From NCBI GenBank assembly GCA_963762145.1, contig CAVXJS010000021.1, positions 928,001-992,000 on the forward strand: a stretch of DNA of 64,000 bases, read 5' to 3'. Under the pieces are notes generated by a model. It was given only the letters and a program-made list of their open reading frames with translations. It made no database searches and was not told the DNA's origin. This document shows, in pieces, positions 1-8,955 of this stretch. Position numbers and translations under genes: made by a program. Position 1 is the stretch's first letter. Each line of letters begins with the position of its first letter. Origin of the DNA: an uncultured Candidatus Rokubacteria bacterium. Lineage in GTDB: Bacteria; Methylomirabilota; Methylomirabilia; Rokubacteriales; CSP1-6.

Positions 1-518
1 GCGGTGCGCCAGCCGAAGACGAGAATCAGATACGTATTCAGCGGGTAGAAGATGATGGCGCTGGCCGAGGCGCCTGCGCTGATGACCCCCATCGCTGCGC
101 CACGCGAACGAACGAACCATCGGCCGACGATGGCGGCGGCCGGAATCTGGATGCAGGCAATGCCCGCACCGCCGAGGACGCCGAAAGCGATGTAGTACTG
201 CCAGAGCGTCGTCACCTGACCGGTCAACGCGAGGGCCACGCCGAGGAGCAGCCCTCCCGCCGGTACCAAGAGCCGGGCGCCCCACCGATCGTACAGCCAG
301 CCGGCCAGGGGCGAGAAGACGAGGAGCAGCAGCCAGCTCAAGGAGTAGCCGAGCGCCGCCTCGCCGCGACGCCACGCAAACTCGCCGAGGAGCGCGACGT
401 AGAACACGGAAAAGGTGGAGCGAACCGACCAGGCCAATGAGTTGACGATTGCGGATACGGACACCACGACCCAGCCGTACCGCGACTGCTGCTTTCCCCG
501 GAGCGGGTTCGAACTCAT
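1..518 (-). CDS. MFS transporter, 5' part (runs off the left edge)
   Basis: Manual translation from ATG at 518: MSSNPLRGKQQSRYGWVVVSVSAIVNSLAWSVRSTFSVFYVALLGEFAW...AGWLYDRWGAR. Contains MFS motif A and hydrophobic helices. Confidence 0.85.
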   Translation of the reverse strand, partial: MSSNPLRGKQQSRYGWVVVSVSAIVNSLAWSVRSTFSVFYVALLGEFAWRRGEAALGYSLSWLLLLVFSPLAGWLYDRWGARLLVPAGGLLLGVALALTGQVTTLWQYYIAFGVLGGAGIACIQIPAAAIVGRWFVRSRGAAMGVISAGASASAIIFYPLNTYLILVFGWRT

Positions 519-911
519 CGGCTACGCGTATAACACCGGTAGCAAACTGATGTGAAACGGGTGGCCTCCCTCATACGCTCCCGCACGAGCACCACGCCCG
601 ACCGCGACCCGACGGTGTAACGCGCCGAGGTCAGGGCCACCACCCGGTCCGGCTCGCGGATGTCGTCCGGACGCTCTCGGGCGGTGTCCACCACGCGCTG
701 CCACTCGCTCGGGCGCCCCTCCTGCACGACGAACTCAAGGGGCTCCCAGTGCGCGTTGACCATCACGTAAGAGGAGCAGGGTCACGTGCTCGGCATGCTC
801 GGAATAGACCGCGAAGTTCCAGGCTGCCTCCTCGGCGATCCACGTCGCCCCGAGCGGGTTGGGCAACTCTTCGCGGTTCGCCCAGGAAGGGGTGGAAGGT
901 TGGCCGCTCAT
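515..911 (-). pseudogene. glgX: Internally deleted glycogen debranching enzyme/isoamylase remnant
   Basis: N-terminal segment (PLGATWIAEEAAWNFAVYSEHAEHVTLLL) joins out of frame at ~770 to a C-terminal segment (YVMVNAHWEPLEFVVQEG..WQRVVDT). The catalytic domain is missing. Confidence 0.8.
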
Positions 912-1870
912 GTCTTCTTCGAATCGGCCGGCTCTGCCGGCGCGGCCTCGACGGGGAAGCCCGCCTCCCGCCACGCGTCAAGGCCCCCCGCGAGCGGGCG
1001 GATGCGCTGGACGCCGCGGCGCCGCAGAAGCAGCGCCACCCGGGCGCTGGTGGCTTCGTTGGGTCACGTGCAGTAGAGGATCACGTCTCGGTCGCGTGGG
1101 ATCTCCTGCGAGTGCCGCTCGAGCTCCTCCGGGCTCATGTGCACGGCTCCCGGAATCACTACCGAGTCAGCCCCGAAATCAAGTGCGTGACGGAGATCCA
1201 CGATCACTGGCGCTTCGCCGGCCTCGAGCTTCCCCTTGAGCTCGGCCGGGGTGATTCGCGCGATCCGCAAGGCCCGGATGAAGCGCTGGCGTCTGACGTA
1301 CTTGCCCGCGAGATAGAGGGAGAGCCCACCGAACATCAGGCCGAAAAGCCAGACGCCCAGATATCGCCCGTGGGTCGCGAGGCGTTCAGCCTGGTCGCTG
1401 AAGACATAGCCCAGCCCGGTGTACGTCCCGATCCACAGGAATGCCCCCAGAGCATCGACGAGCAAAAACCTGGACCGCCGCATCCGCAGGATGCCGGCGA
1501 GCGGCTGCGCCACCGTGTTCAGCCCCGGCACGAACTTGGCGACCAGGAGCGTCCACCCGCCGTACCGAGCGAACATATTCTGACTCCGTCGCACACAAGA
1601 GTCCGGCTCGAGCGAGATCCGGCACAGCAGGCGCATCACTTGACTCCCGCGGGCACGACCGATCTCGTACCAGATGACGTCGCTGAGCAACGACGCGGCT
1701 ACGCCCACCGCGATAGCGGACGGGAGACGGAGCAATCCGGCGCCGGCCAGCACCCCCGCCGCGAGGAGGACCGGCTCGCTCGGGACCGGCAGTGCGAGCT
1801 GCTCGGCGGCCACCCAGGCGAACAAGACGACATACCCGTGGTGGATCAGATACGCGGTGGCGTCCTTCAA
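908..1870 (-). CDS. DedA/VTT membrane protein fused to a rhodanese domain, probable selenoprotein (UGA at 1064-1066)
   Basis: DedA motifs (EQLALPVPSE, AKFVPG), then rhodanese VILYCT-UGA-PNEATSARVALLLRRRGVQRIRPLAGGLDAW. The read-through frame ends at TGA 908-910, overlapping the glgX ATG. TTG start at 1870 is inferred. Confidence 0.85.
1027..1057 (-). promoter_or_regulatory. SECIS-like hairpin downstream of the in-frame UGA
   Basis: mRNA reads GAAGC-(CACC bulge)-AGCGCC-[CGGGU]-GGCGCU-GCUUC. The loop begins 21 nt after the UGA and has G at its second position. Confidence 0.7.
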
Positions 1871-1896
1871 GTCAGCGGCGCGGCCCGGCCCACCGC

Positions 1897-3639
1897 CTAG
1901 CTCTCCGGACCGTAGCGGTTGAGGATCAGGCGGTCGATGGCGCGGCCGAGATCCGGGATCTCGCCCCGGCGCCACCGCACCACGCTCTTCTCCAGCTGGC
2001 GCGCCAGCTCCCGATCCGCGAAGACGTCCAGCACCCATCGGGAGAAGTCGCCGCGGGCGGCGTGGTAGCCGAGCACGTCGCCCGGGACGGCGACAACCGC
2101 GTGGCGGAAGCCGTGCAGGCTCTCCGCCGCCGCGACCACGCGCCCATCGTGGTTGCGGAAGAAGAAGCGCCGCTCTGGAGGCACGTGCGAATCGGCGTAC
2201 TTCTTCACGTGCCGCACGTGCATCGTCTCGCGCGCCGCCGCGACGAACGTGAGCGCCATGGGGACGCCGTTGGGGTCCTGCTTAACGACGACGAACTTGC
2301 CTCGCGGCAGCTGGGGCAGCATGGCCGCCGGCCAGGCGTCCCCGCTGGCCGCGATGTCAGGCAGCGAGACGCTCAGGAAGGCCAGCTCGTCCGGCGCGGT
2401 GACGCGCGACAGGAGGTAGACGTCCATCGCCTTGACCACGCGCTCGCGCAGCCAGCTCGGGAGGTAGGTGACGAGACAGAAGCCCCGTTCCTCGATCCCC
2501 AGGGCCTCCTCGGCCACCCCCTCGCGATGCAGCGAGTAGTGCGCCTCGTCGAGCAGCACCCAGTGGGGCCGCCCCAAGCGCCGCCTGAGGTCGCCGATCG
2601 CGCGCAGCCCGGCCTCGATCACGTCCACCTTCCGCGCGTGGGGAAGCGCCGAGAGGTCGGCGATCACCGAAGCGCCCAGGTTCCGCTCGAGCCGGGTGAG
2701 CAATCGCACCATGTCCTGCTCGCTGTGGACCGCGGCCCAGGTGACGGCGGCGAGCCGGGAGAGCACCTGATAGTCTCCCTCCGGATCAATGACGCACACC
2801 GCGTACCGGGCGGCCACGAGGCGCTCGACCAGCGCTCCGGCCAGCCAGGACTTGCCCGAGAGCGGATCGCCGTGCACCAGCACGTTGACGCCGCGAGCCG
2901 GGATCGCCACCGGCTCGGACGTCTCGGCAGCCCAGCCGAGCGGGATTCGATGCCGGGCCGAGAACTGCACCGGCAGGAGACCCTGAAGGACGGGACCTAC
3001 GACCGCCGCCGCCACCGCCGCGCCGTTCTCCCCCGGGAAGATCCAGTCGGCACGCTCCTTCACCACCGCCATGCCGTCGGCCGGGCACGCCCGCCACCCG
3101 CAGACCTCGAAGAACGGCAGATCGTTCTCGGCGTCGCCGAAGGCCAGTACATCATGGAAGGACAAGCCGAGGAATCGCAGAGCGTTCTGGACTCCCGGGC
3201 CCTTGGAGACCCCCGCCGGCAGCAACATGAGCGCGCCACGGTTGTACACGTGGACGCGATTCACGCCCACCGCTGCCAGCGCCTCACGGATTGGCGATTC
3301 GTCCCCCCGCGCGGCTCCGACGATGACGCGCCCGACCTGATGGGAAATCCCGCGGCGATCCAACTCGGCCAGGAGTCGGGTGGGCGGAGGTGGACCCTGA
3401 TTCCGGATCATTGCCGACCCGGGATAGTGGAGCACCGCCCCGTTCTCGGCGACAACGGCCTCGAAGAGATCGAGGCAGTCACAGACGCGGCTCAACTCGA
3501 AGAAGGTGCGTCCCGTGACGAGAACGAGCCGCAGCCCAGCCTGCCGGGCGCGCTCGAGGGCTTCCCGTACCCCCGGGCCGATCCGGTCGTCGGAGGCCAG
3601 GGTACCGTCGAAATCGAACGCCAACGCTTTGAAGAACAT
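1897..3639 (-). CDS. HAD-IIB (Cof-like) phosphatase fused to a P-loop ATPase domain
   Basis: HAD motifs DFDGTL and GDAENDL; Walker A GDPLSGKS; Walker B LLDEAH. Confidence 0.85.
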   Translation of the reverse strand: MFFKALAFDFDGTLASDDRIGPGVREALERARQAGLRLVLVTGRTFFELSRVCDCLDLFEAVVAENGAVLHYPGSAMIRNQGPPPPTRLLAELDRRGISHQVGRVIVGAARGDESPIREALAAVGVNRVHVYNRGALMLLPAGVSKGPGVQNALRFLGLSFHDVLAFGDAENDLPFFEVCGWRACPADGMAVVKERADWIFPGENGAAVAAAVVGPVLQGLLPVQFSARHRIPLGWAAETSEPVAIPARGVNVLVHGDPLSGKSWLAGALVERLVAARYAVCVIDPEGDYQVLSRLAAVTWAAVHSEQDMVRLLTRLERNLGASVIADLSALPHARKVDVIEAGLRAIGDLRRRLGRPHWVLLDEAHYSLHREGVAEEALGIEERGFCLVTYLPSWLRERVVKAMDVYLLSRVTAPDELAFLSVSLPDIAASGDAWPAAMLPQLPRGKFVVVKQDPNGVPMALTFVAAARETMHVRHVKKYADSHVPPERRFFFRNHDGRVVAAAESLHGFRHAVVAVPGDVLGYHAARGDFSRWVLDVFADRELARQLEKSVVRWRRGEIPDLGRAIDRLILNRYGPES

Positions 3640-3807
3640 GGCTGTCGTCGGATCATGCCCGCGTGCTGTGTGGGTGGCGCGCGTAGTCTAGCACCGCGGT
3701 CTGGGAAGGCAATCCCGTGCGAGAAAGATCCAGTCTAACCCTCGCGACTCAACTATCTAATGGTCTGGCGATGCGGAGCGCGTTAGAAAAGAGGCGAGGA
3801 GGACGCC

Positions 3808-4299
3808 ATGAACTTCGACAAGATCCTGATCCCGCTCGACGGGTCGCGCTTCGCGGAGGCCGCACTGCCGAGGGCAGTAGAGCTCGTCCGCAACAATCCC
3901 GACGCGACGCTGATCCTGCTCCGCGCCGCCGAGGCGACGACGTTTCCCGGCGTAGATCCCATCGACGCCCAGGTTTCGGTGGTTCATGAGGCGGAGGATT
4001 ACCTCGAAACCGTGGCCGCGCGGCTCCGAAAGGACGGCGTCTCAGAGGTGAAGACCTCGGTCTGGTACAGCGCCGCGGCTCCGGCAATCCTGGAGGCCGC
4101 CCGGATGACGAATCCGGATCTCATCATTATGAGCACCCATGGTCGGAGCGGCATCGGCCGACTGATCGCCGGATCGGTGGCCGAGTCGGTGCTGCGGGGC
4201 ACCCGGACGCCGATCTTCCTAATCCGGGTCGAGGGCACGCCGGTGGAAACGCCCGTCGGGCGGGCGGCCGAGCGGGGGCGGGAGACGGCCAATGTATGA
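3808..4299 (+). CDS. Universal stress protein
   Basis: KILIPLDGS...MSTHGRSGIGRLIAGSVAESVLR; GGAGG RBS. Confidence 0.95.
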   Translation: MNFDKILIPLDGSRFAEAALPRAVELVRNNPDATLILLRAAEATTFPGVDPIDAQVSVVHEAEDYLETVAARLRKDGVSEVKTSVWYSAAAPAILEAARMTNPDLIIMSTHGRSGIGRLIAGSVAESVLRGTRTPIFLIRVEGTPVETPVGRAAERGRETANV

Positions 4300-4756
4300 G
4301 CGGGTGCTCGTGCCACTCGACGTCTCGCGTCTGGCGGAGGGCATTCTGCCCTTCATCCTCCAAATCGCGAGCCCGCTCGATCCGGAAGTGGTCCTGATAT
4401 ACGTCGTGCGGCCGATAGCGCCGCAAGCCATCGAGGGTACCCGCCACTTCACGGTCGACGACGTGGCGGCGCGGCTGAAGGAGGCTCGCGAGTATCTCGC
4501 CCCCGTGGCCGCCAATTTGCGAGAAGGTGGCGTGCGGGTCACGACCGACGTTCGGCACGGGGAGCCTGTGGCGGAGATCGTGGCGGCGGCGCGGGACACC
4601 GAGGCCGACCTCATCGCCATGGCGACCCGCGGCCGGATCGGGTTTGGCCGGCTCCTGTTCGGCTCGATCGCGGAAGCGGTGCTCCGGCAGGCCCAGATCC
4701 CGGTTCTAATGATGCGGCTCACCGAGCGCCAGCTGGCAGCCGCCGCGGTGGCCTGA
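4292..4756 (+). CDS. Universal stress protein
   Basis: RVLVPLD...MATRGRIGFGRLLFGSIAEAVLR. Confidence 0.9.
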   Translation: MYERVLVPLDVSRLAEGILPFILQIASPLDPEVVLIYVVRPIAPQAIEGTRHFTVDDVAARLKEAREYLAPVAANLREGGVRVTTDVRHGEPVAEIVAAARDTEADLIAMATRGRIGFGRLLFGSIAEAVLRQAQIPVLMMRLTERQLAAAAVA

Positions 4757-5283
4757 TGGCGGCGAGGACGCTGTACACGATCGGGCACTCCACCCGCACC
4801 GCGCGAGAGCTCATCGAGCTGCTCCGGGCTCACGGGGTGGAGCAGGTGGTGGACGTCCGCACCATCCCTCGGTCGCGTCACAATCCACAGTTCACTCGAC
4901 TCGCGTTGTCGCGCTCGCTCCACGAGGCCAAGATCGCCTACCGTCACCTGAAGGCCTTGGGCGGGCTCCGTCAAGCGCGGCCCGACTCCATCAACCTCGG
5001 CTGGCGCAACGCCTCCTTCCGCGGCTACGCCGACTACATGCAGACTGGGGACTTCGCCGCCGGCCTCGAGCGCCTCGAGCAGCTCGCGGCCCGGCGCCTC
5101 ACGGTGATCATGTGTGCCGAGGCCCTGCCGTGGCGCTGCCATCGGTCCCTGATCGCGGACGCGCTCACGGTGGCCAGGTGGCGAGTGCTCCATATCCAGA
5201 GCCGTAAGACCGCCCGGCCTCACAAACGTACGCCCTTCCTCAGGGTGCGCTCCGGCCGGCTCGTCTACCCGAGAACGCCTTGA
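4756..5283 (+). CDS. DUF488 family protein
   Basis: YTIGHST, DVRTIPRSRHNPQF and MCAEALPWRCHRSLI signatures. Confidence 0.9.
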   Translation: MAARTLYTIGHSTRTARELIELLRAHGVEQVVDVRTIPRSRHNPQFTRLALSRSLHEAKIAYRHLKALGGLRQARPDSINLGWRNASFRGYADYMQTGDFAAGLERLEQLAARRLTVIMCAEALPWRCHRSLIADALTVARWRVLHIQSRKTARPHKRTPFLRVRSGRLVYPRTP

Positions 5284-5379
5284 CACGAGGCCTCGCCGGG
5301 CCGATCCTCGGGCCGATCGGCGGTGCCGTTGCACGACGCGGTCGGAGTGGCCTCACTCCGGCTGAGGAGGGGGCGTAAC

Positions 5380-6540
5380 GTGGGTGGGACAGTACGGGTG
5401 CTCACGATCCGCGGCATTCCGATCAACGTCCACGTGAGCTGGCTCGTGATCTACGGGCTCATCACGTGGACCCTCGCGGTCGGATATTTCCCACGCGCGC
5501 TGCCCGACCTTCCGGATGCCGCCTACTGGGCCAACGGGCTACTGGCCGCGTTCCTCCTCTTCGTCTCCGTCTTGCTCCACGAGCTGTCGCACTCATTCGT
5601 GGCGATGGCGCACGGGCTCTCCGTCCGCGGGATCACCCTGCACGTGTTCGGCGGCGTCTCGCACCTCGAGGATGAGCCGCCGAGCCCGCGGGCCGAGTTC
5701 CTGATCGCGGTGGTGGGGCCGGTCACGAGCTTCGCCATCGCGGCGGTGCTGTGGGCGATCAACGCCAGCGGTCTCGTGCAGCCGGCGTGGGCGCAAGCGG
5801 TGGTCTCCTACCTCGTGCTGGTGAACGTCGCCGTCGGGATCTTCAATCTCGTCCCCGGCTTCCCGCTCGACGGCGGGCGGATCTTGCGCGCCGCCCTCTG
5901 GAAGTGGAAGGGCGCATTGGGTCAAGCCACCTACATGGCCAGCCGAGTCGGGGTGGGCTTCGCTTTCGCTCTCATGGTGCTCGGCTTCGTGCAGATCCTC
6001 AGCGGTTCGGTCATCGGCGGCTTCTGGTTCATCCTCATCGGCATGTTCCTCAGGGGCGCAGCGGACGCGAGCTATTCGCAGATGGCCCTGCGAGAAGCCC
6101 TGGCCCACCTCCCGGTGCGGGACGTCATGGCACGCGAGGTCGTCACGGTGCCCGTGGAGGCGACCGTCGCGCAGCTCGCGGACGCCTTCTGGTCCCACCA
6201 CGTCACGAGCTTTCCAGTCGTGGACGGCGGCACGGTGCGCGGGATCGCGAGCGTGCAACAGGTGCACGCGGTGCCCGTCGAGCAACGGATGGAGCGGCGG
6301 GTGAGCGAGCTCATGCGTCCCTTGACCGACGACCTGATCGTCGGACCGGATGATTCGGTCTTCGACGCGCTGGGCAAGGCGTCGCGAAACCAGGTCGGGC
6401 GGCTGGCGGTACTCGAGAACTCACGGCTCGTGGGGTATCTCTCCCTCAAGGACATCACGCACGTCCTGGCGCTCAGAGGTCTCCCCGATGGCGCTCATTC
6501 CGGCGCCGGCGGCCGCGGACCGGGCCGGCGCGCGCCCTGA
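5380..6540 (+). CDS. Site-2 protease (M50) with tandem CBS domains
   Basis: HELSH and NLVPGFPLDGG motifs; C-terminal CBS pair; GAGGAGG RBS before GTG 5380. Confidence 0.92.
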   Translation: MGGTVRVLTIRGIPINVHVSWLVIYGLITWTLAVGYFPRALPDLPDAAYWANGLLAAFLLFVSVLLHELSHSFVAMAHGLSVRGITLHVFGGVSHLEDEPPSPRAEFLIAVVGPVTSFAIAAVLWAINASGLVQPAWAQAVVSYLVLVNVAVGIFNLVPGFPLDGGRILRAALWKWKGALGQATYMASRVGVGFAFALMVLGFVQILSGSVIGGFWFILIGMFLRGAADASYSQMALREALAHLPVRDVMAREVVTVPVEATVAQLADAFWSHHVTSFPVVDGGTVRGIASVQQVHAVPVEQRMERRVSELMRPLTDDLIVGPDDSVFDALGKASRNQVGRLAVLENSRLVGYLSLKDITHVLALRGLPDGAHSGAGGRGPGRRAP

Positions 6541-6567
6541 CCGTGGCAAGCTCCGGTCGATTACGTC

Positions 6568-7974
6568 ATGCCGAGAACGAAGATCGTGTGCACGATCGGA
6601 CCCGCGTCGCGGTCTCCCGAGACCCTGGAGCAGCTGATCCGGGCCGGAATGGACGTCGCGCGGTTGAACTTCTCTCACGGCACGCCCGTCGAGCACCTCG
6701 AGGTCATCACGGCGGTTCGCCGCATCGCCGAGCGCATGGGTCGGCCGATCGCCATCCTTCAGGATCTCGCCGGGCTGAAGATCCGGATCGGCGAGGTGGC
6801 ATCAGGGGCGGTCACGCTGGAAGCCGGCGCGCGGTTCACCTTGACCACGCGGCCGGTTCTCGGCTCCCGGCAGGAAGTCTCCGTCGCCTACCCGCGTCTC
6901 ACCGAGGACGTCCAACCCGGCGACTCCGTGCTCCTGAGTGATGGCGATCTGGAGCTGGAAGTCATCGGCACCGCCGGGGAGGATGTCCACTGCCGGGTGA
7001 TCACGGGCGGCACGCTGGCGTCGCGCAAGGGCGTGCACCTCCCGACCCGCTCGATCACCGCGCCCACGTTCACGGACAAGGACCGGGACGACCTGGCCTT
7101 CGGCCTCCGCTACGGTGTCGACTACGTGGCACTGTCGTTCGTCCGCACGGCCGTCGATGTCCGTCAAGCGCGGGGGATGATCCAGGACCACGACCGCGCC
7201 GTCCCCCTGATCGCCAAGATCGAGACACCGGACGCGCTCACCAATATCGACGAGATCATCGAGCACGTCGACGGCGTGATGGTGGCCCGTGGCGATCTCG
7301 GCGTGGCCATCCCGCTGGCGACGGTGCCACGGCTGCAGAAGATGCTGATCGGGAAGGCGAATCGTGCGGGCAAGCCGGTCATCACCGCCACCCACATGCT
7401 GCGGTCGATGCAAGACCACCCGAGGCCGACGCGGGCCGAGGTGACGGATGTGGCGAATGCCGTGCTCGACGGCACGGACGCAGTCATGCTCTCGGAAGAG
7501 ACCGCGATCGGCCGGTTCCCCGTCGAGGCGGTGACGATGATGCAGGCGATCGCCGCCGATGCGGAATCGAGCTTCCCCTTCGACGCCTGGATCCGTCGGT
7601 TCGAGAGCACCGGCCCGCTGTCCGAGGCAGTCGCGCGGGCCGCCTGCACCATGGCCGCTGACATCGATGCCGCGGCGATCGTCACCTGCACCCAGTCGGG
7701 TGGCACCGCCCGCCGGGTCGCCCAGTACCGGCCCCGGGCTCCGATCCTCGCTCCCACACCGCACGCCGAGACCTACCGCCGGCTCGCGCTCGTCTGGGGC
7801 GTCACGCCGCTCCTGAATCGGAGCCAGCCGACGACGGACGAGCTGATCGACGGAGCCCTCGGCGCCGCGCTGGCGGCCGGGCGCGCGCAACGCGGGGACA
7901 CGGTGATCATCACGGCCGGTGTCCCGGTGGGGCGCCCCGGCATGACGAACCTGATCAAGGTGGAGACCCTGTGA
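6568..7974 (+). CDS. pyk: Pyruvate kinase
   Basis: RTKIVCTIGP, ARLNFSHG, AKIE, MVARGDLG, DGTDAVMLS. Confidence 0.97.
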   Translation: MPRTKIVCTIGPASRSPETLEQLIRAGMDVARLNFSHGTPVEHLEVITAVRRIAERMGRPIAILQDLAGLKIRIGEVASGAVTLEAGARFTLTTRPVLGSRQEVSVAYPRLTEDVQPGDSVLLSDGDLELEVIGTAGEDVHCRVITGGTLASRKGVHLPTRSITAPTFTDKDRDDLAFGLRYGVDYVALSFVRTAVDVRQARGMIQDHDRAVPLIAKIETPDALTNIDEIIEHVDGVMVARGDLGVAIPLATVPRLQKMLIGKANRAGKPVITATHMLRSMQDHPRPTRAEVTDVANAVLDGTDAVMLSEETAIGRFPVEAVTMMQAIAADAESSFPFDAWIRRFESTGPLSEAVARAACTMAADIDAAAIVTCTQSGGTARRVAQYRPRAPILAPTPHAETYRRLALVWGVTPLLNRSQPTTDELIDGALGAALAAGRAQRGDTVIITAGVPVGRPGMTNLIKVETL

Positions 7975-8948
7975 TGGTGATCCTCGCGGGAGACATCGGC
8001 GGGACCAATGCGCGGCTCGGGCTCTTCGAGCCTGACGGTGCGAGCCTCCGCAAGATCATCACCGCGAGATTTCCGAGCCGAGAGCACACGAGCCTCGAGG
8101 AGATCGTCGAGCAGTTCCTGGCAAATGTCGGGGGTCCGGTCCAGCGCGCGTGCCTTGCCGTCGCCGGCCCGGTCAGCGAGGGACGTGTCGCCGCCACCAA
8201 TCTCGCGTGGATCGTCGACGCCGGCGGCCTCGCTCGGGTCGTCGGCCTGGAGACGGTGCGCCTGATCAACGACCTCGAGGCCATCGCCCACGGTCTCGGG
8301 GAGCTAGGAGACGCCGACGTGGCTCTGCTCCACGCGGGGCGCCCGAGCCGCGAAGGGAACCGGGCGATCATCGCCGCCGGCACCGGCCTGGGAGAGGCCG
8401 GTGCCTACTGGGACGGGACCCGCCACCACCCGTTCGCATGCGAGGGCGGGCACGGCGACTTCGGGCCCCGGACGGGCATCGAGATGGAGCTCTTGAGCTA
8501 CCTGCTCCGCAAGCATGATCGCGTGAGTTTTGAGCGTGTGCTTTCCGGATCGGGCTTGTATGAGATCTATCGATTCCTCCGAGACTCGGGCCGTGGCCAG
8601 GAGCCCGGGTGGCTCACCGATGAGCTGGCGGAGGACCCGCCCCCGGTTGTCATCTCCCGGGCCGCGCGAGACGGGCGCAGCGATCTCTGCCGGGATGCCG
8701 TGAACCTCTTCGTCTCGATCTACGGTGCCGAGGCGAGCAACCTGGCGCTCAAGCTGATGGCCCGGGGCGGCGTCTGGATCGGCGGGGGGATGGCGCCGAA
8801 CATTCTGCCCCACATCAGGAAGCCGATCTTCATGGACGCCTTCCTGGCAAAAGGGCGGATGCAGTCGCTGCTCGAGACCATGTCCGTCCGGCTCATCCTG
8901 AATGACGACGTGGGGCTCCTGGGGGCGGCCCGCCACGCGGCCACGTGA
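7971..8948 (+). CDS. glk: Glucokinase
   Basis: LAGDIGGTNARL, INDLEA, GTGLGEA, EGGH. Confidence 0.95.
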   Translation: MMVILAGDIGGTNARLGLFEPDGASLRKIITARFPSREHTSLEEIVEQFLANVGGPVQRACLAVAGPVSEGRVAATNLAWIVDAGGLARVVGLETVRLINDLEAIAHGLGELGDADVALLHAGRPSREGNRAIIAAGTGLGEAGAYWDGTRHHPFACEGGHGDFGPRTGIEMELLSYLLRKHDRVSFERVLSGSGLYEIYRFLRDSGRGQEPGWLTDELAEDPPPVVISRAARDGRSDLCRDAVNLFVSIYGAEASNLALKLMARGGVWIGGGMAPNILPHIRKPIFMDAFLAKGRMQSLLETMSVRLILNDDVGLLGAARHAAT

Positions 8949-8955
8949 AGTCCGT

